From: Candidatus Limnocylindrales bacterium
Lineage (GTDB): Bacteria > Moduliflexota > Moduliflexia > Moduliflexales > JAUQPW01
Length of the DNA: 64,000 nucleotides
Assembly (NCBI GenBank): GCA_035559535.1
Contig: DATMBG010000004.1
Span: 1-64,000 of the forward strand
Direction of reading: 5' to 3'
In this document: one piece after another, positions 37,211-46,864 of the stretch
Layout: each line of letters begins with the position of its first letter
Position numbering within the stretch: the first letter of the stretch is position 1
The notes under the pieces: model-generated
Databases searched by the model: none
What the model was told of the DNA's origin: nothing
Seen by the model: only the letters and a program-made list of their open reading frames with translations
Program-made: the position numbers and the translations under genes

Positions 37211-39814
37211 GTGAAGTTTATATCGGCAAATAGATCCGGACCTTTTTGGTTGGCTATCTATGGGATAGCTCTGATGGTCTTTGTGGGTCTTATTCCTTTA
37301 ACGCTCTTATCACCGGACGGGCCACGCCTGGTCTGGACGGTGGTTATTGCCTCACTACCTTTTTTTATTGTCCTGGTAGGGTACCACACCTGGCGAGATA
37401 TTTGCCCCCTTGCCTTCTTTACCAAACTAGGCCAGAAAATTCCTCGCAGTAAAAGGCCGAAAGTTCCTCCCTGGTTTGAGGAAAATTACTACTACCTTAC
37501 CTTTGGATTTATGTTTCTGGCCCTAACCCTTCGACTTCTCTTTACCAATGCAGATATTTATTGGCTTTCCGGCTTTCTGATTTTTATGGCCGTCGCAGCC
37601 TTTCTAACCGGGCTGTTTTATACCGGAAAAACCTGGTGTAATTTTATCTGTCCGGTGGGGTTGATCGAGAAGATTTACTGTGAACCCAATAACCTGAAAG
37701 ATCAGCCCAATTCAGCTTGCAGACCGTGTACAGCTTGTAAGAAGGATTGTCCCGATATTGACCTGGAGAATAACTATTGGAAGGAAAAAACCAAAACCTC
37801 AAAAAGGTTTGCTTACTTTGCCTTTCCAGGCCTCGTACTGGGATTTTATACATACTATTATTTATATGTGGGAACCTGGACGTATTATTTTAGCGGACGT
37901 TGGACGCAAGAATTTAATCTGGCAGATCAAATAACCGATCCGGGCTTGTTCTTTTTCCCCTATATTCCTAAATGGTTGGCAGCCCCTTTAACCCTCCTGG
38001 TTTTTTCCCTGGTAAGTTTCGGAATTTTCCTGGCTCTAGAGAGTTTGCTCCTTAAAGGGAAGTCCAATCCTGAAAAAGCTGAGGAGAAGAAGGATCCGAT
38101 TCGACATAAATTACTCTGCCTGGCCTCTTTCTGTGCTTTTAACCTCTTCTACACCTTTGCCGGAGCTCCCACATTCAAAAACTATCCGTTTTTTTATCAA
38201 ATTCTCAAATTCGCTATCCTTGTAACCTCTACCGCCCTGCTATGGAAAGGACTTAACCGTCAAGAAAAAGATTTTATCCAGGAGCGTTTCGGTAAGGGAT
38301 TCCTACGGCGATGGACCTGGGGAGATACTCCCCCCCCTGAGGATTTAAGAGAGGTCTATTTTGTTCATACCGAGCGAGAAAAAGAATTTAAACAGCGTCT
38401 CAATGCCTATAAGGAAGCGATTCGAGAGATGGTTCAGGATGGGATCGCAACCAAGGAGGATCTCAATTTGTTAAAGCGACTACGAGAACAGTTAGGGATC
38501 TCACAAAGTGATCATGATCGCGTCATAGCCTCCCTCAGCCAGGAAGATCGAAGGTTATTTGATCCCAATTATGAGCATTCTATCGAAAAGAATTTCCAGT
38601 TGGAGAACTATCGAACTATTCTGGAAGGCTACATCCTGAGTGGTACCGGGAATGAAAGCCTCTTTAAAGAGGTTCGACAACGTTATGGAATATCTCAAGA
38701 GGACCATCTCCGTATTTTAAAGCAGATCACCGATAAAGGGGGAACGCTGTGGACCCAAATTTGGGAACATGTTCATAAGGCTCAGAATTTAAATCAATGG
38801 CGGCAAGATCTTCCCCACCCGCACCATGTCTCCACAGAGTACCTGCGCTATATTCTAAGTGTAGAAATCTTTCGGGAGATTGAAAATATCCTGGAAACAC
38901 TCTCCCTGTTAGGCCACGAGTCTAAAGTTGAGCGCTTACGAGATCTCATAACCAATAGAAATCTGGATAATACCCGAGATGTTCTTCAAGATTTGCGAGG
39001 AATCGAAGATGAAAAACTCCTTCTGGATCTTGATACTATTCTGGAAAACCTGACCCCAGGTACCACTCCTCAAAGTACCGGGATCCCGTTGGAAACCACT
39101 TTATCGGCTATACTGGCTGAAGCTCAGGGGAATCTTCTATCTACAGCTCTTTATGCCTGTGGCTTCATAGAAAATAAGACTTTTGCTGAATTTCTGATCC
39201 CGGCCCTCAAGAATCCGGACCCGAAAGTTCGACAGACGGCTTTGGGTATCCTTCGGAAGAAGGGTCTGTTAACCGGGGAATATTTACAACAAGGTCTTCA
39301 AGATGACCATCCCCTCGTGCAAAACTGGGTTAAGCAGGTTATCGCTTCCCAAAGGGATCCCTTAGTCATACCTCCTCTTATTCTGGTCGAGCGGATGGCA
39401 CTTTTGTATCAGGTTCCGCTCTTTGCCCAGTTGAGACCCGAAGATTTAGAGGAACTGGCCATACGAGCAGAAGAACGAATCTACCCCAGGGGGACAGATT
39501 TATGTAAAGAAGGAGAACCCGGAGACGAAGTTCATATTGTAATTAGCGGCAAGGTGGAAGTCCATACTTCCCAAAATGGGCTGAAGAAAGTCCTTAATGT
39601 GTTGAAGGAAGGAACCTGTATCGGAGAGATCGGGGTCCTCGGAGAAGTTCCTCGAACGGCAACGGTTACTGCTTTAGAAGGCCCCGTTTATGTTTTGGTT
39701 CTACAGGGTTCCGCCTTCCAGCATGTCCTCATGGATCGCCCGGCCATTGGACTTCAGGTTATTAAAGTGATCAGTTCCCGACTTCTCCAAATCAAAACCG
39801 TTAAAAATCTATAA
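37211..39814 (+). CDS. Membrane polyferredoxin-like (4Fe-4S-binding) protein fused to a helical/HEAT region and a C-terminal cyclic-nucleotide-binding domain
   Basis: TM helices with WRDICPL and TWCNFICPVG, CRPCTACKKDCP, HEAT-like LKNPDPKVRQTA, cNMP motif LCKEGEPGD..IGEIG..PRTATV. Confidence 0.8.
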   Translation: MKFISANRSGPFWLAIYGIALMVFVGLIPLTLLSPDGPRLVWTVVIASLPFFIVLVGYHTWRDICPLAFFTKLGQKIPRSKRPKVPPWFEENYYYLTFGFMFLALTLRLLFTNADIYWLSGFLIFMAVAAFLTGLFYTGKTWCNFICPVGLIEKIYCEPNNLKDQPNSACRPCTACKKDCPDIDLENNYWKEKTKTSKRFAYFAFPGLVLGFYTYYYLYVGTWTYYFSGRWTQEFNLADQITDPGLFFFPYIPKWLAAPLTLLVFSLVSFGIFLALESLLLKGKSNPEKAEEKKDPIRHKLLCLASFCAFNLFYTFAGAPTFKNYPFFYQILKFAILVTSTALLWKGLNRQEKDFIQERFGKGFLRRWTWGDTPPPEDLREVYFVHTEREKEFKQRLNAYKEAIREMVQDGIATKEDLNLLKRLREQLGISQSDHDRVIASLSQEDRRLFDPNYEHSIEKNFQLENYRTILEGYILSGTGNESLFKEVRQRYGISQEDHLRILKQITDKGGTLWTQIWEHVHKAQNLNQWRQDLPHPHHVSTEYLRYILSVEIFREIENILETLSLLGHESKVERLRDLITNRNLDNTRDVLQDLRGIEDEKLLLDLDTILENLTPGTTPQSTGIPLETTLSAILAEAQGNLLSTALYACGFIENKTFAEFLIPALKNPDPKVRQTALGILRKKGLLTGEYLQQGLQDDHPLVQNWVKQVIASQRDPLVIPPLILVERMALLYQVPLFAQLRPEDLEELAIRAEERIYPRGTDLCKEGEPGDEVHIVISGKVEVHTSQNGLKKVLNVLKEGTCIGEIGVLGEVPRTATVTALEGPVYVLVLQGSAFQHVLMDRPAIGLQVIKVISSRLLQIKTVKNL

Positions 39815-39830
39815 GGGATCACCCAGAAAC

Positions 39831-39850
39831 CAGGGGAATTTTATCCCCTG
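39831..39850. terminator. Hairpin between convergent genes
   Basis: CAGGGGA-ATTTTA-TCCCCTG. Confidence 0.45.
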
Positions 39851-39890
39851 TGCAGAGGTCTTTTCGATTATTTAAAAATTTCCAATCTAC

Positions 39891-40628
39891 CTAACCGAAT
39901 ATCTCATATCCCAATAACACGGCAACTTCTACAATTTCCCCTAAGGCTCCGTAAGTATCCCCCGTCATACCCCCCAATTTTCTGGATATAAAGTGAAAAA
40001 GGATTCCGGCCAGAATCGCAACAGATATAAAAACAAGTATCCCCCGGATTCTCCCTACCAGAACCACACCTAAAAAGGTGAGACCGGTGGTTATTATAAA
40101 TTCCCGAAGTCCGGCATATTCTGTATAAGGCTTCCCAACTCCTCCATCGGACCGGGCATACTTTGCCAGGCTGGCACTTGCAGCCATTCCCCAGCGTCCT
40201 AGCAGAGGCATGAGCAGAAGCGCGGCATTGATTCCCTTACCCGAAAGGGTATATAACAACTGGTATTTCAGGAGAAGGAGAATAATCAAACCCAGGACCG
40301 CCATGGTTCCCAACCGGCTATCTCGCATGATCTGTAACATTTCCTCCCGGCTTTTCCGGCTGAAAAGCCCATCTAACGTATCGGCAAATCCGTCCAGGTG
40401 TAGAGCTCCGGTAAGGAGGATAAGGATGAGTAGTAAAAATACGCAAACGATATTCTCCGGTAGGAAAAGAGCCAGAACAAAATGAGATCCCACTAAGATA
40501 CCCCCTAATAGAATCCCTACCAGGGGAAAGTAAACCAGGGATTCTCCCAGCATTTTATCGGTTATCTCTCCTCTTACAGGAAGGGGGATGATAGTTAGAA
40601 ATTGGAGTGCCAGCAGGAATCGTATCAT
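39891..40628 (-). CDS. cobS: Adenosylcobinamide-GDP ribazoletransferase (cobalamin synthase)
   Basis: ALQFLT, YFPLVG, LTGALHLDGFADTLDG, IMRDSRLG, GGMTGDTYGA. Confidence 0.93.
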   Translation of the reverse strand: MIRFLLALQFLTIIPLPVRGEITDKMLGESLVYFPLVGILLGGILVGSHFVLALFLPENIVCVFLLLILILLTGALHLDGFADTLDGLFSRKSREEMLQIMRDSRLGTMAVLGLIILLLLKYQLLYTLSGKGINAALLLMPLLGRWGMAASASLAKYARSDGGVGKPYTEYAGLREFIITTGLTFLGVVLVGRIRGILVFISVAILAGILFHFISRKLGGMTGDTYGALGEIVEVAVLLGYEIFG

Positions 40629-40696
40629 GGATATTCTGAGACACGGGGACAAGCCTCTCTCAGTGATTTTTTCCATGTCCTGCGTCCCCGCGTCCC

Positions 40697-41215
40697 TTAT
40701 TTTATCTTGACCGGTATTCCAGCGACCATCCAGTAAACCGAATCGGCATACTGGGCTGTTAACTGATTGGCCAGTCCGGCCAGGTCCCTGAATTTCCGTG
40801 CCAGTGCATTCTCCGGGACGATTCCCCCCCCGACCTCATTGGAAACAACCAAGACCGTTGGTGAAATTTTTTTAGTTGTTTCGCAGAGACGTTTTACCTG
40901 AGATAAAACCTCTGTTTCGTTTGGATAAATTTCCATAAGGTTAAAAATAAATAACGTCAAGCAGTCTAATAGAATCACTTCGGAATCTAGAGACTCTTTT
41001 TCAAGAACCGGGATAACTTCCGTGGCTTCCTCAACAGTTTTCCAATGGGAAGGGCGATTTTTTCGATGCCAGAGAACCCGCTGCCGCATCTCTTCATCCC
41101 CTGGGATACAGGTAGCCAGATAGCAAACCTTCTGCCCGTGGGCTTCTGCTAATTTTTGAGCCTGTTGACTCTTTCCACTTCGAGCACCACCTAAAATAAG
41201 AATTAACTCACCCAT
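40697..41215 (-). CDS. cobU: Bifunctional adenosylcobinamide kinase / adenosylcobinamide-phosphate guanylyltransferase
   Basis: LGGARSGKS, DEEMRQRV, DCLTL, VSNEVGGGIVP, FRDLAG, VAGIP; start moved to 41215 because the ORF-track N-terminus is translated repeat DNA. Confidence 0.93.
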   Translation of the reverse strand: MGELILILGGARSGKSQQAQKLAEAHGQKVCYLATCIPGDEEMRQRVLWHRKNRPSHWKTVEEATEVIPVLEKESLDSEVILLDCLTLFIFNLMEIYPNETEVLSQVKRLCETTKKISPTVLVVSNEVGGGIVPENALARKFRDLAGLANQLTAQYADSVYWMVAGIPVKIK

Positions 41216-41220
41216 AGAAA

Positions 41221-41370
41221 TAGGTATGGGAGTATGGGGGTGTGGGAGTAGGAGTATGGGAGTGTGGAAGGGAGAATATACCTCCATACTCCCACACCTC
41301 CATACTCCCACACTTCCATACTCCCACACTTCCACACTCCCACACTTCCACACTCCCCACACTCCCACAC
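41221..41370. repeat. Inverted arrays of octamer tandem repeats (GGAGTATG/GGAGTGTG versus CCATACTC/CCACACTC)
   Basis: About 6 G-rich units at 41221-41270 followed by about 11 complementary C-rich units at 41282-41370 between cobC and cobU. Confidence 0.85.
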
Positions 41371-41377
41371 CCGCCTT

Positions 41378-41998
41378 CTACCGAAGATGACAGGTATCAT
41401 TTAAGGTATGAACCACACAGGTATTTTCATAGTAAGTCAATCTGCTGACGGAAGCAGGACCCAATTCCATACGCCAGAATGAAGTCAGGCTCAAGTTGAG
41501 GGCTTCAAATAAGATCATTTTAAGCGAACCAGAATGCCCGACCAGAAGGACGGTTTCATCTGGATTATGGGTTTTTAGCATGGCATAAAACCAGGTCAAC
41601 ACCCGGTTCTTTAATTCCTTCAGGCTTTCACCCTTTGGAGGTCGAATCTGCAGAGGCCTCTGCAACCACCTCTCATAGGTCTCAGGATCTCTCTCCAGAA
41701 GCTCCTGATAAGTTAATCCGGTCCACTCACCGAAATGGAGTTCTCTAAGAGCGGGGGTAGTTTGCAGGGTTAAACCCCGAACCCGGGCGATGGGTTCGGC
41801 GGTTTGTATAGCTCTCTGGAGGTCACTGGTATAGATCCCATGAAATTTAAAATTTTGAAGGCCTCTAACCAATTTTTCAACTTGTTGGAGACCTGCGGTA
41901 TTTAAAGGCATATCTTTCTGTCCCCAGTAAGGTTGTGATCCTGAGGACCCTATAGCTCCGTGGCGAACAAGAATCAGATGAATACCCTGATCGTTCAT
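41378..41998 (-). CDS. cobC: Histidine phosphatase, probable alpha-ribazole phosphatase
   Basis: LVRHG, TSDLQRA, LRELHFGEW, GES, VGHSG, LNDTCHL; adjacent to cobU-cobS. Confidence 0.8.
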   Translation of the reverse strand: MNDQGIHLILVRHGAIGSSGSQPYWGQKDMPLNTAGLQQVEKLVRGLQNFKFHGIYTSDLQRAIQTAEPIARVRGLTLQTTPALRELHFGEWTGLTYQELLERDPETYERWLQRPLQIRPPKGESLKELKNRVLTWFYAMLKTHNPDETVLLVGHSGSLKMILFEALNLSLTSFWRMELGPASVSRLTYYENTCVVHTLNDTCHLR

Positions 41999-42171
41999 GG
42001 CGGGTTTGTAAGGGAAGTATACGGTCCATCTGCCATTACAGGCAAATGACCCTGATTCCCCTTTCCCCCTGGAAATATCTTATAAATTGTCGGAGCAAGC
42101 CTGGAGCTACTTGCGGGTAATTAGATATCCTTAAAGCGAAGGGATATAAAAATTACCCTTACTGGGACAGT

Positions 42172-42200
42172 AATTTATAAAAATTTCTTTAAAGAGTCAA
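42172..42200 (-). promoter_or_regulatory. Putative sigma-70 promoter of cobC-cobU-cobS
   Basis: Minus strand TTGACT-17 nt-TAAATT. Confidence 0.45.
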
Positions 42201-42229
42201 TTAAATCTTTCAAATCTCCTTAGTTTTGC

Positions 42230-42259
42230 TTGACATGATGACAAACCAGGTGATAAGTT
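42230..42259 (+). promoter_or_regulatory. Putative sigma-70 promoter of the cstA operon
   Basis: TTGACA at 42230, then TG-n-TAAGTT. Confidence 0.45.
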
Positions 42260-42362
42260 TTATATCATAAATTTCTGAAATTTCTTGTTAAGATAGGGGA
42301 GGGAAACCGGTTAGGTTATTTAATAAATAACTAAAGCCAAACCTTAAGCAGGAGGGAGGGAT

Positions 42363-44156
42363 ATGGCCAGTTATCCTTTCATATTTGTTGTCCTTGCAAT
42401 CATTGCCTATGGGATTGCATTTCGGGTGTATGGGAAGTGGTATGATCGGACGGTATGGAAACCGGATCCAAAGCGGACGACTCCGGCCCATATGTATATG
42501 GATGGGGTTGAATACTTCCCGGTTAGCAAGTATGTGTTGTGGGGGTATCAATTTAAGAGTATAGCCGCTCTGGGTCCAATTTTAGGTCCTTTTGTAGCTT
42601 TATCGTTCGGATGGTTACCGGCCTTAATCTGGATTATCCTGGGGAATTTTTTCATTGGATGGCTCCAGGATTATGGGGCAATTATGGTTTCAGTTCGAAA
42701 CGAAGGTCGGTCTTTTGGACCTATCAGCTACGAGTTAACGGGACCTAAGGGACGAAATACTCTACTGGGTTTTCTGCTCTTTTACATGATCATTATCTCC
42801 GCCGTGTTTATCTACCTGATTGCGACCTTTTGGAATATCTTTCCGACCACCTTTGTAGCGACCCTTGGCATCTTTGCAACGGGGATTTTAGCTGGAAGAC
42901 TCCTTTACAAATATCGAATCAACGTGGTTCGGGTAACGATTCTTGCGCTGGCTCTTATCGTGGTAAGCATCTTTCTGGGACGACTGTTACCCATACCCTC
43001 AAACTTCCTAGGGAGCTGGACCATTGCTTTCTGGGCTGTGGTAGTCTGTGGGATTTTATTTGCTGGTTCTATCCTTCCTATGCCGGTCTTTATCCAGCCA
43101 GTTAATTACGTATCCTTTTTCCCCACTTACTTAGCCATTATTCTGATTTTGATCGGAGCTCTTCTTTCTCCGATAACGAATATTTCCCTGGTACAGGCCG
43201 CTTTTAAAGGATTTTACCCGGACCCCAATGTAGGACCTTTGTGGCCTATTCTCTTTGTGGCTATTGCCTGTGGAGCCATATCGGGCTGGCATAGTCTGGT
43301 TGGGAGCTCGACCACCTCCAAACAGTTGGATATCGAGACGGACGCCCATCCGGTGGGAGCAGGTTCTATGCTTTCAGAAGGATTACTGGCCCTGGCCTCG
43401 GTAGCCTGTTATATGGTATTAACCAACGATGAAATGAAGGTAGCGGCTGCGGCGGCAGGGGGAGTTCGTAACATCGGATCTTGGGTTTATGGAGCTGTTA
43501 AATTAACCTCGGCTTATTTTGGAGGCGGAGAGGCCGTAAGGAATTTTCTTACCACCTATTTTGGTGTGGTTCTGGTCATTTATGCTTTAACCGTCCAGGC
43601 TTTAGTAACCCGATTCTGGCGACTCATTTCGGCAGAAGTTTTTGGCCAAAATATACTGGGACAAAAATATCCGGCCACTTTTGTCGGACTCCTCATCCCC
43701 TGGATCTTCGCCATTACGGGAAGCTGGATCAACCTCTGGTTATATTTTGGAGGGGCTAACCAACTCCTGGCTGGATTGGCCATTATGCTTATTACCATTC
43801 ATCTTGCCAGAGTCAAAAGCCCAAGTATTTACACTTTAATTCCGGCAACCTTTATGATTGTAACAACCCTGGCCGCACTTCTCTGGGAAATTTACGATTT
43901 CACCCGAGCCGTGCTGGGCTATCTGGGAATAGAGGAATTTGCCAAATTTGGGCTGAAAGTAGCCGGACCTTTAGCAAAACCCTCCCCGGATGCACCCTAT
44001 CCCTATCCGACCATATCGGTTTTGTTAAATAGCGTCTTTATCCTCGTAGGTGTTATGTTGTTCCTTTTAGGGTTAAGAATGGCTTACTATACTTATAAGG
44101 CGTACTTTCGGTTCAAGGCAGAACCCACGCCGGCCATGGCAAGGGAAAGTGCTTAA
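42363..44156 (+). CDS. cstA: Carbon starvation protein A (CstA) family transporter, divergent
   Basis: TPAH...DGVEY.P, SIAALGPILGP, GWLPALIWI, AIACGAISGWHSL..STTSKQL, FGGANQLLA; strong RBS. Confidence 0.88.
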   Translation: MASYPFIFVVLAIIAYGIAFRVYGKWYDRTVWKPDPKRTTPAHMYMDGVEYFPVSKYVLWGYQFKSIAALGPILGPFVALSFGWLPALIWIILGNFFIGWLQDYGAIMVSVRNEGRSFGPISYELTGPKGRNTLLGFLLFYMIIISAVFIYLIATFWNIFPTTFVATLGIFATGILAGRLLYKYRINVVRVTILALALIVVSIFLGRLLPIPSNFLGSWTIAFWAVVVCGILFAGSILPMPVFIQPVNYVSFFPTYLAIILILIGALLSPITNISLVQAAFKGFYPDPNVGPLWPILFVAIACGAISGWHSLVGSSTTSKQLDIETDAHPVGAGSMLSEGLLALASVACYMVLTNDEMKVAAAAAGGVRNIGSWVYGAVKLTSAYFGGGEAVRNFLTTYFGVVLVIYALTVQALVTRFWRLISAEVFGQNILGQKYPATFVGLLIPWIFAITGSWINLWLYFGGANQLLAGLAIMLITIHLARVKSPSIYTLIPATFMIVTTLAALLWEIYDFTRAVLGYLGIEEFAKFGLKVAGPLAKPSPDAPYPYPTISVLLNSVFILVGVMLFLLGLRMAYYTYKAYFRFKAEPTPAMARESA

Positions 44157-44243
44157 ATCAGTGAGTGGCAGGCAGTGAGCAACAGGTAGTGAATGACTTC
44201 TAGCTGTCCACAGTTTACTGCCCAGAGCCTATTTCTACTAAAC

Positions 44244-44552
44244 ATGTTTTGGAAAAAGAAAGATAAAGAAAAAGAACAGGAAAAGGAACAAGGTTCTGAA
44301 AAAACAAGTTTTAAAAAAGCTGCAAAAGGTGTTCTTTATGGGATGGCTTCCCACGGCCATGTCATGTCGGCCCTGAGAACCCGCATGTATTTAGAACATT
44401 TGTTCATGTTTATTACTTTGGGCGATATGCTCGGTATCCCCGTCTTACCTCCCTACTACTCACTGCGCATTTTGCCCTACGCGGTTCCTAATATTAAATC
44501 CTGGAAGATGCGTGTGTTTCGGGAAAGAGATTTTACAGATGCCATATTTTAA
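44244..44552 (+). CDS. Small CstA/ArsA-associated protein (copy 1)
   Basis: Motif LFMFITLGDMLGIP..PYYSLRILPY..W..R..RERD; lies between cstA and the ATPases; start placed at ATG 44244. Confidence 0.75.
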   Translation: MFWKKKDKEKEQEKEQGSEKTSFKKAAKGVLYGMASHGHVMSALRTRMYLEHLFMFITLGDMLGIPVLPPYYSLRILPYAVPNIKSWKMRVFRERDFTDAIF

Positions 44553-44712
44553 TCTGTTGTCCGCTGTCCGTTATTCGTTGTAAGAAAAGAAAGAATAAGT
44601 TCACAGCCTCTTTCCCGAATCGGTTGGTGATATTCCGATTATGAGCGATGGGAACCGGCTTTGACTTTTAGGATTAAAAACAACGGACGACAGACAACGG
44701 ATAACAAACGGA
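44553..44712. repeat. Long intergenic hairpin built from inverted heptamer repeats (TCYGYTG / CAACGGA)
   Basis: 4 units at 44553-44580, complementary units at 44681-44712, internal stems AGCC/GGCT, TTCCC/GGGAA, AATCGG/CCGATT. Confidence 0.75.
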
Positions 44713-44718
44713 TTCTTA

Positions 44719-45714
44719 ATGAAAGGACTTGGTGAGTTTTTTGATCGGCGTAGGGATGTGGAAATTGTCATTTTCGCCGGTAAAGGAGGACTGGGTAAAA
44801 CAACCAGCAGTTCGTCTCTGGCCTACTATATGGCCACGGTTAAAAACAAAAAAACCCTTCTCTTCAGCACAGATCCCCAGGCTTCTTTGTCGGACATCTT
44901 TGAAAGGGATTTCTTCGGTAAGGGAGTTATAGAAATTATACCGAACTTGTATGTAGTTGAAATTGATGCCGACCGGCGGGTGGCCGATTATCAAAACGAG
45001 GTTAAGCAAAAGATTAAGGACATGTATGGTTTAGAGGAAGTCCCTGCAGAAATAGAAGAGTATATTGACTCCACCTCTGCGGAACCGGCCATGTATGAAT
45101 CGGCTACTTACGACGCCATGGCCGAACTGGTAGCGCAGAAAAACTTCGATATCTACATCTTTGATATGCCTCCCTTTGGACATGGCGTTCGAATGGTCGC
45201 CATGGCCGATATCCTCTCCAAATGGATTGAGAAAATTACAGAAGCTCGAGAAAAGGTCGTTGAATATGACGAAGTGGCCGCGACTCTGAAAGGTGGTGGA
45301 CAGGCCTCCGAAGATATGGTCATGAAGGAACTCCTGGATATTCGAAACAAAATAAAAAACTTTACCGACTTAATCACAGACCGAAAGCGGACGGCTTTTT
45401 TTATGGTGTTGATCCCGGAAAGCATGGCCATTGTAGACACGGAAAGGGCCCTGAAAATGTTTAACGACCTGGGTATTGAAATGTCTGGTCTGGTAGTTAA
45501 CCAGATTTATCCCGTTGAGCTTTTACAGAATCCTAATCTGAGCGAGTTCCTGAAAAATAGAATTCTTATGCAACAACAATACTTAAAAGTTATCAAGGAA
45601 AAGTTTGGAGATTATATTGTCGCGGCGGTACCCATGTTCACCCGGGAACCTAAAGGACTCGAAATGATCAAAATTGCTTCAGAAGACTTAATCCACTCAA
45701 AAATCAAATTCTAA
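44719..45714 (+). CDS. ArsA/Get3-family single-domain ATPase (catalytic motifs intact)
   Basis: GKGGLGKTT, STDPQASL, EIDA, DMPPFGH, IPESM, LVVNQ; no Cys. Confidence 0.92.
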   Translation: MKGLGEFFDRRRDVEIVIFAGKGGLGKTTSSSSLAYYMATVKNKKTLLFSTDPQASLSDIFERDFFGKGVIEIIPNLYVVEIDADRRVADYQNEVKQKIKDMYGLEEVPAEIEEYIDSTSAEPAMYESATYDAMAELVAQKNFDIYIFDMPPFGHGVRMVAMADILSKWIEKITEAREKVVEYDEVAATLKGGGQASEDMVMKELLDIRNKIKNFTDLITDRKRTAFFMVLIPESMAIVDTERALKMFNDLGIEMSGLVVNQIYPVELLQNPNLSEFLKNRILMQQQYLKVIKEKFGDYIVAAVPMFTREPKGLEMIKIASEDLIHSKIKF

Positions 45715-45795
45715 GGTTCGAGATCAGACATCAGGGATCAGAATGATTCTCCCTTCTGACCCCTGATGTTTGATGTTGGACCCCGATATGGATAG

Positions 45796-46818
45796 ATGGC
45801 CTCACTGGAACAATTGCTTGCTGAAAAACCGAATCTTAAATTTATCTTTACAGGCGGGAAAGGAGGAGTTGGTAAAACCGTCTCAGCCGCGGCCATCGCC
45901 TACAAATCCACCCTGCAAGGTAAAAAAACACTTCTTGCTTCCCTCAACCCGGTTCATTCTCTGGCCAGTGTCTTTAATCAGGATCTAACCGGAGGTACTA
46001 TCAAAAGGGTTGAAGGTACTTCGCATCTCTATGCCATAGAAGTAGATGCCAAGGATATTGTTGAACGGTATCGAGAGAATATTGGAAAACGGGTTCGGGA
46101 GTTTCTCAAATGGTCGGATATTCCGGTAGATGCAGGTCCTTTTATCGATATTGCGGTGACGAATCCGGCTTTTGAAGAATCGGCCATGTTCGATAAAATG
46201 ATGGATATCATGTTACAGCAGGGATCTGAGTATGACCGCATCGTCTTTGATACGGCCGCCGTAGCAAACGCCGTCCGTCTCATCGGTCTCAGCAAAATTT
46301 ATGGACTATGGCTAGGCCGTATGATCGAGAGCCGAAAAGAAGCCCTTTCCATGAGGGTCCAGTTATCTTTTCGCAAAGAAAAAGTCATGGAAGAGGTCAA
46401 AAAGGATCCGTTGATGGCAGATCTCATCTCGATGAACGAGCGGTTTTTAAAAGTCAAAAACGTTTTGATCGATTCCCATATAACTGCCTTCTTTTTCGTT
46501 ACCCTCCCTCTGGCCCTCCCCATTGCTGTTGTCAAAAGATTCATTACCATGGTTAAAGCCTACGATATTCCGGTGGGCGGGGTCATTGTAAACGGAATCT
46601 TGAGCCGGGAAACCGTCGAAGCCAGCCAGGGAGAAGAATATCTTAAGAATAAATACGAAGAGCAGATACAGTATATGAGAACCATTAAGAAGGATCTCGG
46701 TGACTTAGTTCGGGCCTATATCCCTCTGTATCCCCGGGAGGTTGTTGGATTAGAAATGATTAAAAAAGTCTCTGAGGATATGTTCAACTATGTGCCCTCC
46801 TTCTGGAATGAATTATAA
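45796..46818 (+). CDS. ArsA/Get3-family single-domain ATPase with degenerate switch I and II
   Basis: GKGGVGKT intact; switch I SLNPVHSL, switch II DTAAVAN; no Cys. Confidence 0.9.
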   Translation: MASLEQLLAEKPNLKFIFTGGKGGVGKTVSAAAIAYKSTLQGKKTLLASLNPVHSLASVFNQDLTGGTIKRVEGTSHLYAIEVDAKDIVERYRENIGKRVREFLKWSDIPVDAGPFIDIAVTNPAFEESAMFDKMMDIMLQQGSEYDRIVFDTAAVANAVRLIGLSKIYGLWLGRMIESRKEALSMRVQLSFRKEKVMEEVKKDPLMADLISMNERFLKVKNVLIDSHITAFFFVTLPLALPIAVVKRFITMVKAYDIPVGGVIVNGILSRETVEASQGEEYLKNKYEEQIQYMRTIKKDLGDLVRAYIPLYPREVVGLEMIKKVSEDMFNYVPSFWNEL

Positions 46819-46864
46819 GCCAGAAGTCAGAAGAAATTCCGACTTCTGAGGGTCGGTTTCCAGG

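Noticed and set aside
41203-41448. Short ORFs and the 51-aa N-terminal extension of CobU in the ORF track
   Set aside because: Products of translating the octamer repeat array
42000-42170. Canonical cobalamin riboswitch upstream of cobC
   Set aside because: Conserved elements such as GCCACTG and the 3' B12-box were not found; kept only as an unexplained structured leader
44719-46818. Arsenic resistance (arsA) operon
   Set aside because: Both ATPases lack Cys entirely and no arsB/acr3/arsC/arsD/arsR is adjacent
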